From Naegleria gruberi (taxonomy: Eukaryota), in assembly GCA_000004985.1 (NCBI GenBank), contig GG738895.1: a stretch of DNA of 64,000 nt. One strand, given 5' to 3'. The notes under the pieces are model-generated. The model was not told the DNA's origin. It saw nothing but the letters and a program-made list of their open reading frames with translations, and did no database searches. How positions within the stretch are numbered: position 1 is the first letter of the stretch; every line of letters starts with the position of its first letter. Below are positions 12,490-22,942 of the stretch, piece after piece. Both the position numbers and the translations under genes were made by a program.

Positions 12490-13338
12490 AATTAGTGTGG
12501 AATTAAATCAATTTATTTATTAATTTAATATTTGAAATTATCCTAAATTTAGAACCTCATTTCACTAACATTCCTTCAATTTATATCGTTTTTCATCATC
12601 AATTCTTCTTTGAAATAGGATATCACCATTCAGTAATTTCTCTTCTAATGGAACATTAGAGCAGGAGAGGAATTGTTTCATTGGTGATTTGAAACATAAT
12701 CCCTAACTTCACTACAGCTTAATAACACAACATTGGAAATTGTTCAATTCGAAATACTCAATATTTAATTTGAATATAGACTCAGTATTATTTAACATAT
12801 ATTGAAAAAAGATTCTCTGTGAAGATGCAAATCTGTTAATGGTAATATCTAAAAATCTTTTATTGGATACCAACGCCAAATTCCTTTAGAGCGTTGCAAC
12901 AGTTCATTCCCATAACTGCAACTGCAATTTTCATATTAATTTCCCAATTCAAATTCTTCAACTTTTCAAAATCGAAGAGAAAGTAAACTAAACAGCTAAA
13001 CTAAGGCTATTGTACAATCATTTAAACAATGAAAACACAAACATATCAAAGCTCAAGCTTTCGCCAATTAATATGAATCGCCAAGTATGCTTAATACCCT
13101 TTCCTTTCGTATATTCTTTCTTTGTTTCGTACAAACAAATATCATCACTATCATTTTCAGATAAGAGCTCCAAATCCACAACATTATTACTCAAAGGGCC
13201 ATGGACAACCAATTTTACATAATTGGTCCTTGAGTAATTGCAACTGTTCCTGTCATTTGTCATCTTCACAAATAAAGGTGGAAAACTCCTATCAATCTCA
13301 ATACAAAAAAACATCACAAGAGCGAGTACTACTATTCA

Positions 13339-15423
13339 ATGCCAGTCTTTTCTTTCTTCAAGAAGAAGGAATCTTCTTCATCAAACACTAAACCAAATTC
13401 TGACTTGGCTAAGAAACTTCAACAAAAAGGTTAGTTTTCTATTCGAAACCAACATTAGAATAATTTTATTGTTTTAATAGATGCTGGTTCTTGGACAGTC
13501 AATGAAGTTGGTATTTGGTTAGATTTAGTTGGTTTAGGAGAATATAAAGTAAGTTGTTGTAGTTTCTAATAACATTAAACTAAACTATTTAGCCAATATT
13601 TATTAACAATTCAATTAGTGGTCAAGAATTACTCGAATTAGGAGAAGAAGGTTTGTTGATATTATTATTATTTCCATTAGTTTCTAATAGATATGTTGTG
13701 ATGATCATTAATTGATGTTTTTATTCGAATCTTTCTAAATTGAACTAAATATCCGTAATATTATCCGTTACTGTCATCACCCATTGTTAATTCCCATCTC
13801 TTTGAATACAATCATTATACATTCATTTATAATACTTTTTACAAATATATATTTAATATTACAATAATAACACTATTTATAATAATACTAATACATACAA
13901 TAATAATACAATAACATGTACATACAATTATATAAAAATAGATATGAATCAACTTCAAGTGACAAAACTTGGTCATCGTAAAAAGTTTAAAAAACTTGTT
14001 GAAGCACTTAAAAAGAATTCAAATATTACAAATTTCCTTGAAACACTTTCAGAAAATGATTCCGATATGATTCCACCAACAAGTAGTAGTAGCAGTTCTA
14101 ATAATATTAATAATAATAATAATGGTACTGCTAGTAATAGTACAGGTGGAGGTGGAAATTTCACACAAACAGCTCAACCATCTAATTTCCAAAATAGTAA
14201 CTTGTCTGAATTGAGTGCAGGTAGTTCAGGAGGTGGTGTTTCAGCTGATTTAGTTTTTAAATGTTATCATGCTGAAGATGTTCATTTAATTGCATTGAAA
14301 AGAGATAGAGCTACTTTTAGTGAATTGAAATTAAAGATTATTGAAGAATATAATTGTTTAAAACCAATTATTAAATACCGTGATACAGAAGGTGATTTTA
14401 TTAATATTAGAAAGGAAGAAGATTTTAATATTTGTAAACAAAATGTTCCAGTTGACTCTGCTATTAGATTATATATTACAACTGAAAATGATGCAGATGA
14501 CACTTCAAGTCAAACAAGTGGAAGTGAAATGTCATCATCAAATACTGCACAACTTCATGCTCAACGTCATACAGATCAATTTCCATCAATTTATGCCTCA
14601 GATGAAGAACCAGAAATGGATGATGGAGCTGTTTTCTTTGATGACTTTGTTGATTCTGTAATTATTATTACAGATGATAAGATTGTTCAATATATGAACA
14701 AATCTGCTGAAAAGGCATTTGGTTATACAAAGAAGGAAGTTATTGGAAGAAATGTCAAGATTTTAATGAGTAATACTCATAGAATTCAACATGATAATTA
14801 TGTTGATAATTATTTAAGAACTGGTCAAGCTAAAATTATTGGATCTGGAAGGTAAGTTTTTATACTATGAATAATTTCTCTCTAATACACAACTTTACAT
14901 CTAATTAGAATGGTTGAAGCTCGTGCTAAGGATGGTTTAATTTTCCCAATTTGGTTGAGTGTTGCTGAATCTGCTTGGTTAGGAAGACATGCTTTCACTG
15001 CTACAATTCAAGATTTAAGAAAGGATAAGAGTAAGCATAGTAATTCTTCTGTTACTTCTCTTTTGGAAAACCTTGTTGATGCTGTCATTATTATTGATCT
15101 AAAATGTAATATTTGTTTCTTAAACAAGTCATCTGAAAAGATGTTTGGTTATAATAGAGATGAACTTATTGGAAAGAATATTAAACAACTCATGCCTGAG
15201 AAGTATTCCATTAATCACGATTCATATGTTTCTCACTATTTGGAAACTGGAGAAAAGAAAGTTATTGGAAGAGGTAGAAAAGTTACTGCTAAAGATAAGA
15301 GTGGATCAATGTTCCCAATTTGGTTGAGCGTCAGTGAAACTAAATTCTCAGGAGAACGATCATTTGTTGGTACTATTCAGGATCTAAGAAAGGAAAACTC
15401 TTTGGACAAGATGTTGCACTAAA
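13339..15423 (+). CDS. SAM + PB1 + two tandem FixL-type heme-PAS domain protein. 5 exons (13339..13429, 13481..13548, 13593..13650, 13942..14852, 14909..15423)
   Basis: Spliced SAM domain: WTVNEVGIWLDLVGLGEYKPIFINNSISGQELLELGEEDMNQLQVTKLGHRKKFKKLVEALKK. PB1 with Lys and OPCA motif: VFKCYHAEDVHLIALKRDRATFSELKLKIIEEYNCLKPIIKYRDTEGDFINIRKEEDF. PAS-A: DSVIIITDDKIVQYMNKSAEKAFGYTKKEVIGRNVKILMSNTHRIQHDNYVDNYLRTGQAKIIGSGRMVEARAKDGLIFPIWLSVAE...TIQDLRK. PAS-B: DAVIIIDLKCNICFLNKSSEKMFGYNRDELIGKNIKQLMPEKYSINHDSYVSHYLETGEKKVIGRGRKVTAKDKSGSMFPIWLSVSE...GTIQDLRKE. Both PAS domains align to the FixL heme domain ([54 protein letters not shown]). All splice phases were verified. Confidence 0.7.
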
Positions 15424-15544
15424 CTTGTTAACACCAAACTAATGTACATTAATAAATATCTAGCTTATTTCTATGTTGTAATCTGATTTGATGTAATGAA
15501 TTAAGGAATAGTTACTTTTAATTTACTAGGTTAATTTATTCAGA

Positions 15545-18500
15545 TTATTTTTTCTTCTTCAACATGTATGAAATAATTTCATTCAATGTATCAAAATTAT
15601 GTTGTTGAGAAATGGAATGGATAAGGTGAATTGTGTCTGCTACCTTTTCACTCTTATTTTCTACTTGGGCAGAAATCCATTTACCTGAACAGTGGCAACG
15701 TTCAAGTACGTTATTGGCATTAATTTGGGAGCATCTAGAACATTGTAAATCTTGCAATTGATATCCAACCATCTTATTTTGAACATAGTCAATTAATCTT
15801 CCCTCAATTAGAGATTTGTCAAAGTCATTCGAGCAGTGTTTACATTTAAAGATGTTTTCTGTTGTTGGTTTACCAAGCTCAAGATCACAACAAGAACTAC
15901 AGAATGAACAAATCATATCAGGAACCTTGAAAATATTCTGGGATCTCTTGAACATTGATTCGGAAGAGAATTCCTTTACACCCAATAATTTCAGTAAAGA
16001 TCTCTTGAGCACATTAACTTCATCTCTAATAAAAAGATCAATTGAAAGCATATGGCAAATTGCATTAACAAACTCTAATCTAATATCTTTTTCTGATTCT
16101 AATTGTAGGGAGAGCTCTTTGAGTTGATTACTCATCACTTCCATCAAACCTTCTGAGAATTTAGTTGTCAAATATTCTTGGGCATGTTCTTCTTGGATCT
16201 TTTGAACTTCTTCTGCCTTCATTGTTGAAATTTTTTCATCCAATGATCTTCTATACTTGAGACATTCATACATGTAAGTAGAAAGATAGAATACTAAATG
16301 TACTCTAACTGATTCTGGAAGTTCACTCAATAAATCAATGTGTGGATCAGAAGAAAGTCCAGTCTCTGTTTCTTGGTCTTCCTTAAAGCCCAAGAAGTTA
16401 TCTTGATTAAACCACAACAAATTACTCCAAGTGTTTTTAACTTCAATATCAACCCAAGTGAATAACTTTTGTTGTTGAATGCTTGACTTAAGGTAGTCAG
16501 TGTAAACCTTAGCTTCATCTGTAGTATTCTTGCCAGTATCTACAATAATCTTAGTGAAGTTGGCATAGATGATTCTACATCCACACTTCTTAAAGTGAGC
16601 ACAGAGTTGGAGGAAGACTTTCTTTTGAAGTCTGTAGATGAATGCTAAAATTTCAGGATGGAAAAGCTTAGCATGAGTATTACAACACCATCTATAAAGA
16701 TTTGATAACAACAAATCTGGAACATCAGGACAGGTATTGTCATCATTGTGAACATCTGCGAACATTTTGGAAACAACTTGCTTGAATATTTTGAAAATTT
16801 CAGTAACAGTGGAGAATTTAGATGAATTACTAATCTTGTCATCAATTGTTTCTTCAATAAAACTACTTTGCAAAATGGCATTAATGTCCAAGTGAGAAAT
16901 ATCAAACTCAACACAAACTGAGTGATAGCAAGCAGAGTGATTAATAAAAGTACCACTTCTGGAATACAATTGGTCATCACTCAACAATGCTTGTTGTTGT
17001 AGTGCATCATTTTCGCAACCTCCTAAATCTGGTTTGTTGGCCTTGCTTAACCACAATACATAGTCATTTTGTAAACTTCTTCCAAACATCATGTCAATTA
17101 AATGCATAACAAAGTCATTTGATTCAATATTACCAATAGGAATACCACAATAGTTACTGTAGTTAGTCATATCCTTATACCATTTTTCAATAGCACAATA
17201 TCTGATAAACATTTGCTTGATACAATTATTAGTCCAGTATGCTGAGAGAGCATGTTGATATTTGTTGTCTTCTTCACTGAAAGGAATGGCTACAATAGGT
17301 ATTTCTTCTAACATTGGAGCGATTTCAGAGGCTGAATGAGTTTGGTATGAGAATGGAGACTGAACTAAAAGCAGAGATGATGCCTTTCTTTCCTTCGCCA
17401 AAATGTTGTTAATTTCTTTAAGTACATCAACTCTATTCTTGAAAACATCCAATTCAAATTCTTCAATTTCTGTAATATTCAAGTTAGATTGCTCAATAAT
17501 TTGATCTAATACTTCATCGAATAATCTATCAGGATGCAAACCTGTAGTTTGGAGATCAATTGAATGAATCAAATAAATATATGCTTTCTTGTTTGCAAAA
17601 GAGAACAAACCAATAACACCTCTGACATCACAACAACTTTCAAAAAGATATAATTTTTGCAAGTTTGTTACATCTTTGAGATAAGATACACCAGGATTCT
17701 TCTTAGAATGACTTCCGTCAACTTGAACAAGATCTGAAACAGTAAGCGTATTGGCAGAGTCAATCTTTTCTCTTGACTTTGGATGTACTTGACAAAGTGA
17801 ACCAATTGAAAGAACAGCTCTAAGAACAGGATCAATTTGTGTCTCATAAACACCTTGAATATGAGGATTAGAGAATTCAGAGTAAATAGTTTGCAAGTTC
17901 TTTTGGTAGTACGACTCTAGCAACTCTTTTCTATAGAGGAATGTATCTCTCTTATTAGCTACTGAAGTTTCAACAAGCTGACTTGAGAGAATTGGTAATT
18001 TCTTATGAGGCTCCTCTGATTCACCTTGCTTTTGATAAAAATTGAGATAGACAACTCTTGGTACTTCTATCTTGAATGTTCTCATTTTACCTCCAACACT
18101 AATAAAAAGCTTGAGAAGACCTGGTGTTTCGGATTCTCTAACTTCAATAACATGCCACACGAGGTCTTTAAGTTGGTTAGAATAAAATTGAACATATGAA
18201 GCCATAGTACCATCATTGACAAGAGTGTTACCATCTGAGGATTTAGATTTCTTGGTCTTGTTCTTCTTCTTTTTCTTCTTTCTCTTTTGCCCTACCTCTT
18301 CACCTAATGAATCATCATCAACATCGTCAATCTTTCTCTTTGTAGATTTAGATTTTGGTTTTTCATCACCTGAAGCGTCTTCCATTTCTTCATCACTATC
18401 AGAGGAAGAATCTTCTGTTACGGGTATCTTCTTAAGCATATCCATCAAGGATCTTTGTTTGCTTTGACTTGCATTTTCTCTCAACTTTTTGAGCAACCAA

Positions 18501-21500
18501 TCTGGGTGCTTAACTCTAGGTACTGGATTATCAATAGCTTGTAAAGCTGCAGGAATAGTAATAATTTTTTGAATAGCACTACCCAATCTTTCAATATAAT
18601 AATCCCAATCAACAATTTCCTTGAGATCGATTTCTGTCATTGATGTATCCTTTGTCCACTTCTTCAAGAATGACAAGCATACAGATTCCTCCTTTTGGAA
18701 AACAACTGTTGGAATAACACGTTCTGTAACACTAGCATTTTCAGGTTTCTTTGCCACAATGTAACTACAAACTAAACCCTTATCTCTAACCATTTGTTCA
18801 CCAAAAAGATCAACCAATCTTTTAGCTGCTGTAATTCTTGCTGCCTTTTGATTACCATATTCTTCTAACCTCTTACTCATGTTAGAACTTTCAGTAATAT
18901 AATCAAAGAGTTGCTTAGTTTCAATTCCTTCACCTTTAGTGTAAAGAATATCCAGCCATCTATTTGCAATTTCAGCAACATGTTGATAACATTCAGAGAG
19001 AGAATATCCTTTTAAGAATTGTTCGAAAACTTGAGATTGGAAAATCTTAATAAGCTTAAGTTCACCTCTTCTTTTAATTTCGAAACCCTTCAATTCAGCC
19101 AAAGTACCATCATGATTGAAAACTGCATATCTCTTCTTAATAGATTTACCTTCTTCCTTTGAGGCTGGCAAAATCATAGCACGATAAGGACCGTCAACTT
19201 CGAAGAAAATGGAACATTCAGCTCTCTTGTCCCATTTTCCAGTTTCTGGATTGAAATTTTGATATTGATCGTTACTGAAATTTTGAGCAACATCTGCGTT
19301 CAACATCAAACAAGGATAGGAGATTGTTCTCTTCTTACCATTAGTAAGCTTGAGTGTATAATTTTCAGGGAATGAACCAGGGAGCATGCACCAAATACCA
19401 TCAGTATCCAATTCCAATGAAATACCAATATCATCGATAAGCTCTCTGGCCATTCTAATAATTTGAGCACCATTGTAAGTAACAACACCAGCCATTTCCA
19501 TACTGTACCATCTGGCAGCTTTTCTCATAACGTAACCGTAGAAAGAGTTCAAAATACACTTGTGGGCAAGTTGAAGAGAATCGTACAAAACTAACATGAC
19601 TTTGGACTTTTCTTCAAATTCTGGATCTTTAGACTTGTCCTTCCATTCTTTGGATTTATCTTTAAGTACATATCTTCTGTCACGAAATTCTCTAACTGTA
19701 TTTACATAGAATGGATTTTCTCTTTGACAAATAGTAGCATCCTTGACCATACTTTCCTTATTATATTTCTTCTTGTGGGCCTTTTGACTGATTTCACCCA
19801 CTCTCTTTCTTAATTCTTCATTGGTAAAGTTTGGATTATCGTTCATTAAAGAATTCTTGGCAATATTAAATTCAGATCTAGATGCTGTAAAATATTCAGC
19901 TCTAAAGTGCCACTTCATTATTCTCTTACAATCATTCTCTGGCTTATTGTAAATGCATTGAGCACAGGTGTCCTCGTTAACAATAGCAGATGGTTGAAGT
20001 CTGTGTGTAAGAATAATGTTAGGATACATAGCACCAACATCCAAGTGATATAATTTTGGACATTCTTCTCTTTCTGGTTTTTCTTTGAGTTTAAGTAAAC
20101 CATCAATAATTTCTTGTTTCAATTCCTCAAAGTTGGCAACATCTTCAACTTTCAATTGTTGTTCAACTTCAATTGCAAATCTAATGACTCTATCTACATT
20201 ATCAACTAATTGTTGATATCTGTCTGGATTTAATTTGAATTTGTATGGTATATCTGATCTATAAACACCAGACTTTAAACCTTCTACACGACCACCGATA
20301 TATGTTTCACTTGCTAACAAGTGACCCTTATACATCTTTTCAGGATCTGATTGATATCTATTTGGGAAAATAATATTACCCTTGAATGCTTGTACCATGA
20401 GAAGTGTTTCACAGAGTGTACCTGATCCTTTTCTCAAAACTTCATCTGGTGGCATTGGAATAATGTTACAAAGTGAGAAGATAAAAGGATTGATATACTT
20501 CATATATAAATAGTATGTTGAAACTGCATCAGAAACAGAATAAGAAGCCAATTTTTGAGGTTGACTTGTTGCAAAAGGTAACATATCTTCAGGATCTACT
20601 TCAATAGGATCATACTTTAACTTGGCTTTAGTGACAGCTTTCAAACCATGAGAACCTTGAGGTAAATAACTGTCTCTGATAACCCAATACAGACAATCGA
20701 TATGGAGACCAAAACTACTGCCATAAAGCGTGTCAGATCCAAGCTTTTTGCAATCTCCTGACATTCTATAGTAACCTACATGGTCTCTAAGATTCAGTGA
20801 ATATACACTAGCTCTTTGTTCTATGAAAGGCCAATCGAAAAAGTCACCGTTATACGTCACATATACACATGGTTTTTCTTCTTGCATATGTGAAAACCAT
20901 TTAAGTAATAACTCTTTTTCATTTTCTACGTTGAAAACTTCAAAATATCCAGGGAATTCATCTTTTGGAGTATAATCAAAATTTTCGATATCTTCAGCGA
21001 CGATTTCACGATTCACAATTAAGTAACCGTGGCCGTCAATCATATAAGATATCATCATAATTCTATCTGATTGTGGATCAGGGAACATGAGAGGAGGTTT
21101 TGTGGTTTCAATATCGAAAGCACAAACTTTAGGAACAGCTCTTTCTTCGATATCTTCTCTCTTTGAAATCAAAACATTTCCTTCCTCAACAGAAATATCA
21201 TACCAATAACCAACTCTTAAATCTGTATCAATGGCACAACGAATATGATATTTAATATCATATTCTCTAATATCAACTATCTTGTCAACACAATCAATAG
21301 TCGAAAGTTTAGCTTTCCTTTTACGTCTAATTCCTCTTTCGTAGTCATCAAGATCATCTAAGAACTGATCCTCCATTTCTTCGTTCAATAACTCTTCTTC
21401 TAATAGCTCAAACGAATCTTGACTCTTTTTCTTATTTTTTTCAATTATTGGTAATAACTTAGATCTCATTTCCATCAATTGTTGAACGTTTTTAAATCTC

Positions 21501-22027
21501 AATTTCAAGTACTTTGCCTTTATACCGGAAAGGTGATTAACCTTGTCAAGATCTTCTTTATCTACTATATCCAATGATACTATTGGGTCCATTGATGTTA
21601 AATAATTGCAAACTTCTGTAAATGAATTGTCATCCTTCACAGCAATATAGAAATATGGTTCGAATACTTTGGTGACAGAAAAAGAGTCACCTTCATCACT
21701 CATAAAATATAACACAACTGCAGCAAGATCCATATCCGAAGAATTGGCATCATCTTCACCTCCGGACCCACCCATAGTCAATTTTTCTGGTACACTCGTT
21801 GCTCTAAAGTTTACCAACCAACCCAGATTCTTTGTACCCTCCATCTGTGGTCCAAAGAATCGTTTGTCAATTTCAATTTCCTCTAGTTTTTTCTTTTCTC
21901 TATATTCTTTTAATTGTTGAGCTTTTTCATCGTCATCCAATCTTTCTTGTTGACTGCCATGGTCTCCTTTCTTCTTTGTGGGCTTGTTTAGCAGCCGAGG
22001 TTTATTGTTGGATTTGTTTGTGTACAT
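15545..22027 (-). CDS. pole: DNA polymerase epsilon catalytic subunit (Pol2/POLE), intronless 2160 aa
   Basis: Exonuclease motifs FDIETTK and YNGDFFDWPF. Family-B polymerase motifs LDVGAMYPNIILTH, KxxxNSFYGY and LELDTDG. C-terminal Cys-rich zinc modules (CSFCSSCCD...CKHC, CSRCS...CHCSG). Acidic/K-rich insert. Confidence 0.95.
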   Translation of the reverse strand: MYTNKSNNKPRLLNKPTKKKGDHGSQQERLDDDEKAQQLKEYREKKKLEEIEIDKRFFGPQMEGTKNLGWLVNFRATSVPEKLTMGGSGGEDDANSSDMDLAAVVLYFMSDEGDSFSVTKVFEPYFYIAVKDDNSFTEVCNYLTSMDPIVSLDIVDKEDLDKVNHLSGIKAKYLKLRFKNVQQLMEMRSKLLPIIEKNKKKSQDSFELLEEELLNEEMEDQFLDDLDDYERGIRRKRKAKLSTIDCVDKIVDIREYDIKYHIRCAIDTDLRVGYWYDISVEEGNVLISKREDIEERAVPKVCAFDIETTKPPLMFPDPQSDRIMMISYMIDGHGYLIVNREIVAEDIENFDYTPKDEFPGYFEVFNVENEKELLLKWFSHMQEEKPCVYVTYNGDFFDWPFIEQRASVYSLNLRDHVGYYRMSGDCKKLGSDTLYGSSFGLHIDCLYWVIRDSYLPQGSHGLKAVTKAKLKYDPIEVDPEDMLPFATSQPQKLASYSVSDAVSTYYLYMKYINPFIFSLCNIIPMPPDEVLRKGSGTLCETLLMVQAFKGNIIFPNRYQSDPEKMYKGHLLASETYIGGRVEGLKSGVYRSDIPYKFKLNPDRYQQLVDNVDRVIRFAIEVEQQLKVEDVANFEELKQEIIDGLLKLKEKPEREECPKLYHLDVGAMYPNIILTHRLQPSAIVNEDTCAQCIYNKPENDCKRIMKWHFRAEYFTASRSEFNIAKNSLMNDNPNFTNEELRKRVGEISQKAHKKKYNKESMVKDATICQRENPFYVNTVREFRDRRYVLKDKSKEWKDKSKDPEFEEKSKVMLVLYDSLQLAHKCILNSFYGYVMRKAARWYSMEMAGVVTYNGAQIIRMARELIDDIGISLELDTDGIWCMLPGSFPENYTLKLTNGKKRTISYPCLMLNADVAQNFSNDQYQNFNPETGKWDKRAECSIFFEVDGPYRAMILPASKEEGKSIKKRYAVFNHDGTLAELKGFEIKRRGELKLIKIFQSQVFEQFLKGYSLSECYQHVAEIANRWLDILYTKGEGIETKQLFDYITESSNMSKRLEEYGNQKAARITAAKRLVDLFGEQMVRDKGLVCSYIVAKKPENASVTERVIPTVVFQKEESVCLSFLKKWTKDTSMTEIDLKEIVDWDYYIERLGSAIQKIITIPAALQAIDNPVPRVKHPDWLLKKLRENASQSKQRSLMDMLKKIPVTEDSSSDSDEEMEDASGDEKPKSKSTKRKIDDVDDDSLGEEVGQKRKKKKKKNKTKKSKSSDGNTLVNDGTMASYVQFYSNQLKDLVWHVIEVRESETPGLLKLFISVGGKMRTFKIEVPRVVYLNFYQKQGESEEPHKKLPILSSQLVETSVANKRDTFLYRKELLESYYQKNLQTIYSEFSNPHIQGVYETQIDPVLRAVLSIGSLCQVHPKSREKIDSANTLTVSDLVQVDGSHSKKNPGVSYLKDVTNLQKLYLFESCCDVRGVIGLFSFANKKAYIYLIHSIDLQTTGLHPDRLFDEVLDQIIEQSNLNITEIEEFELDVFKNRVDVLKEINNILAKERKASSLLLVQSPFSYQTHSASEIAPMLEEIPIVAIPFSEEDNKYQHALSAYWTNNCIKQMFIRYCAIEKWYKDMTNYSNYCGIPIGNIESNDFVMHLIDMMFGRSLQNDYVLWLSKANKPDLGGCENDALQQQALLSDDQLYSRSGTFINHSACYHSVCVEFDISHLDINAILQSSFIEETIDDKISNSSKFSTVTEIFKIFKQVVSKMFADVHNDDNTCPDVPDLLLSNLYRWCCNTHAKLFHPEILAFIYRLQKKVFLQLCAHFKKCGCRIIYANFTKIIVDTGKNTTDEAKVYTDYLKSSIQQQKLFTWVDIEVKNTWSNLLWFNQDNFLGFKEDQETETGLSSDPHIDLLSELPESVRVHLVFYLSTYMYECLKYRRSLDEKISTMKAEEVQKIQEEHAQEYLTTKFSEGLMEVMSNQLKELSLQLESEKDIRLEFVNAICHMLSIDLFIRDEVNVLKRSLLKLLGVKEFSSESMFKRSQNIFKVPDMICSFCSSCCDLELGKPTTENIFKCKHCSNDFDKSLIEGRLIDYVQNKMVGYQLQDLQCSRCSQINANNVLERCHCSGKWISAQVENKSEKVADTIHLIHSISQQHNFDTLNEIISYMLKKKK

Positions 22028-22250
22028 TTTTTTTGATTTAATTTAAAATTTTAATTTGGGCGGGAGAGAAAAATAGCGCGCAAATTTTGACAACACAACC
22101 AGCATGATGAGAGTCATTCATTATTGATAAAAACTTGATCGTACACTTATTGTTGTCCATTCATTTTACGATGACAATCGCAATAACATAACACAATAGT
22201 TAATAGCAACTCAATACCATCAAATATTTTTAAAATAAAAATTTAAAAAA
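22028..22250. promoter_or_regulatory. Divergent (bidirectional) intergenic promoter region between the polE (minus) and ndufa6-like (plus) start codons
   Basis: 223-bp AT-rich spacer between two ATGs on opposite strands. Analogous head-to-head spacers at 11197-11637 (XPG-like/cpi1) and 24230-24702 (arp6/F-box gene). Confidence 0.4.
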
Positions 22251-22793
22251 ATGTTTAAAAAGGCTTCTTCATCATCAATCATACAACTCAACAAGGCCGT
22301 ATCAACCAAATCATCTCCTTTGGTTGCTAATTTATCATCAATTCAAAGTGCTAATTTCACTGATTATGCCTACATTAGAAGTAAATCATTAGAAGAAGCC
22401 AACGCTAACGTTTTGTTTCTCTACCGTAGAATGTTGAAGATTTTGCCTTGGATGAAGGAAACTTATCACGTACCAACAAATCTTGATGTTATGAGAAAAA
22501 CAATCCACAAGGAATTCAAGAGCTTCCAAGGTTTATCCGATACAGAACTTATTGACGCTTTAGTTATTCGTGGTTACATTGAATATAATGAAGCCACAAT
22601 GCACCACAAACAAAGAGGACACATTATCAAATTCTTCATTGAATCCGATGTTACAAATGTTGCTCCACATTTACAAGAATACAAGAGAATTATGAAAGAA
22701 AAAGTCGATACTCAATCACTCTGTGCTTCCGTGGAAGGCAAGGGTATGGGTAGAAACATTGGAAAATATCTTAAAAACACTAAAGACTTGTAA
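22251..22793 (+). CDS. ndufa6: LYR-motif complex I subunit NDUFA6 (B14/LYRM6)-like
   Basis: LFLYRRMLKILPW (LYR motif) and DALVIRGYIEYNEATMHHKQRGHIIKFF align with NDUFA6 [28 protein letters not shown]. N-terminal ~50-aa extension. Confidence 0.7.
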   Translation: MFKKASSSSIIQLNKAVSTKSSPLVANLSSIQSANFTDYAYIRSKSLEEANANVLFLYRRMLKILPWMKETYHVPTNLDVMRKTIHKEFKSFQGLSDTELIDALVIRGYIEYNEATMHHKQRGHIIKFFIESDVTNVAPHLQEYKRIMKEKVDTQSLCASVEGKGMGRNIGKYLKNTKDL

Positions 22794-22942
22794 ACTTTTT
22801 AACAGAGATTATTATCCTTCTCGAATGGGATTATAATATGAAGGCGAAAATCTTAACACATAAAAAACAATAATTATTTATATTGGTAATGTTTTTTATT
22901 TAATATGAGGATTCTAGTAGTAAATTGTCATCATAGACTCTA

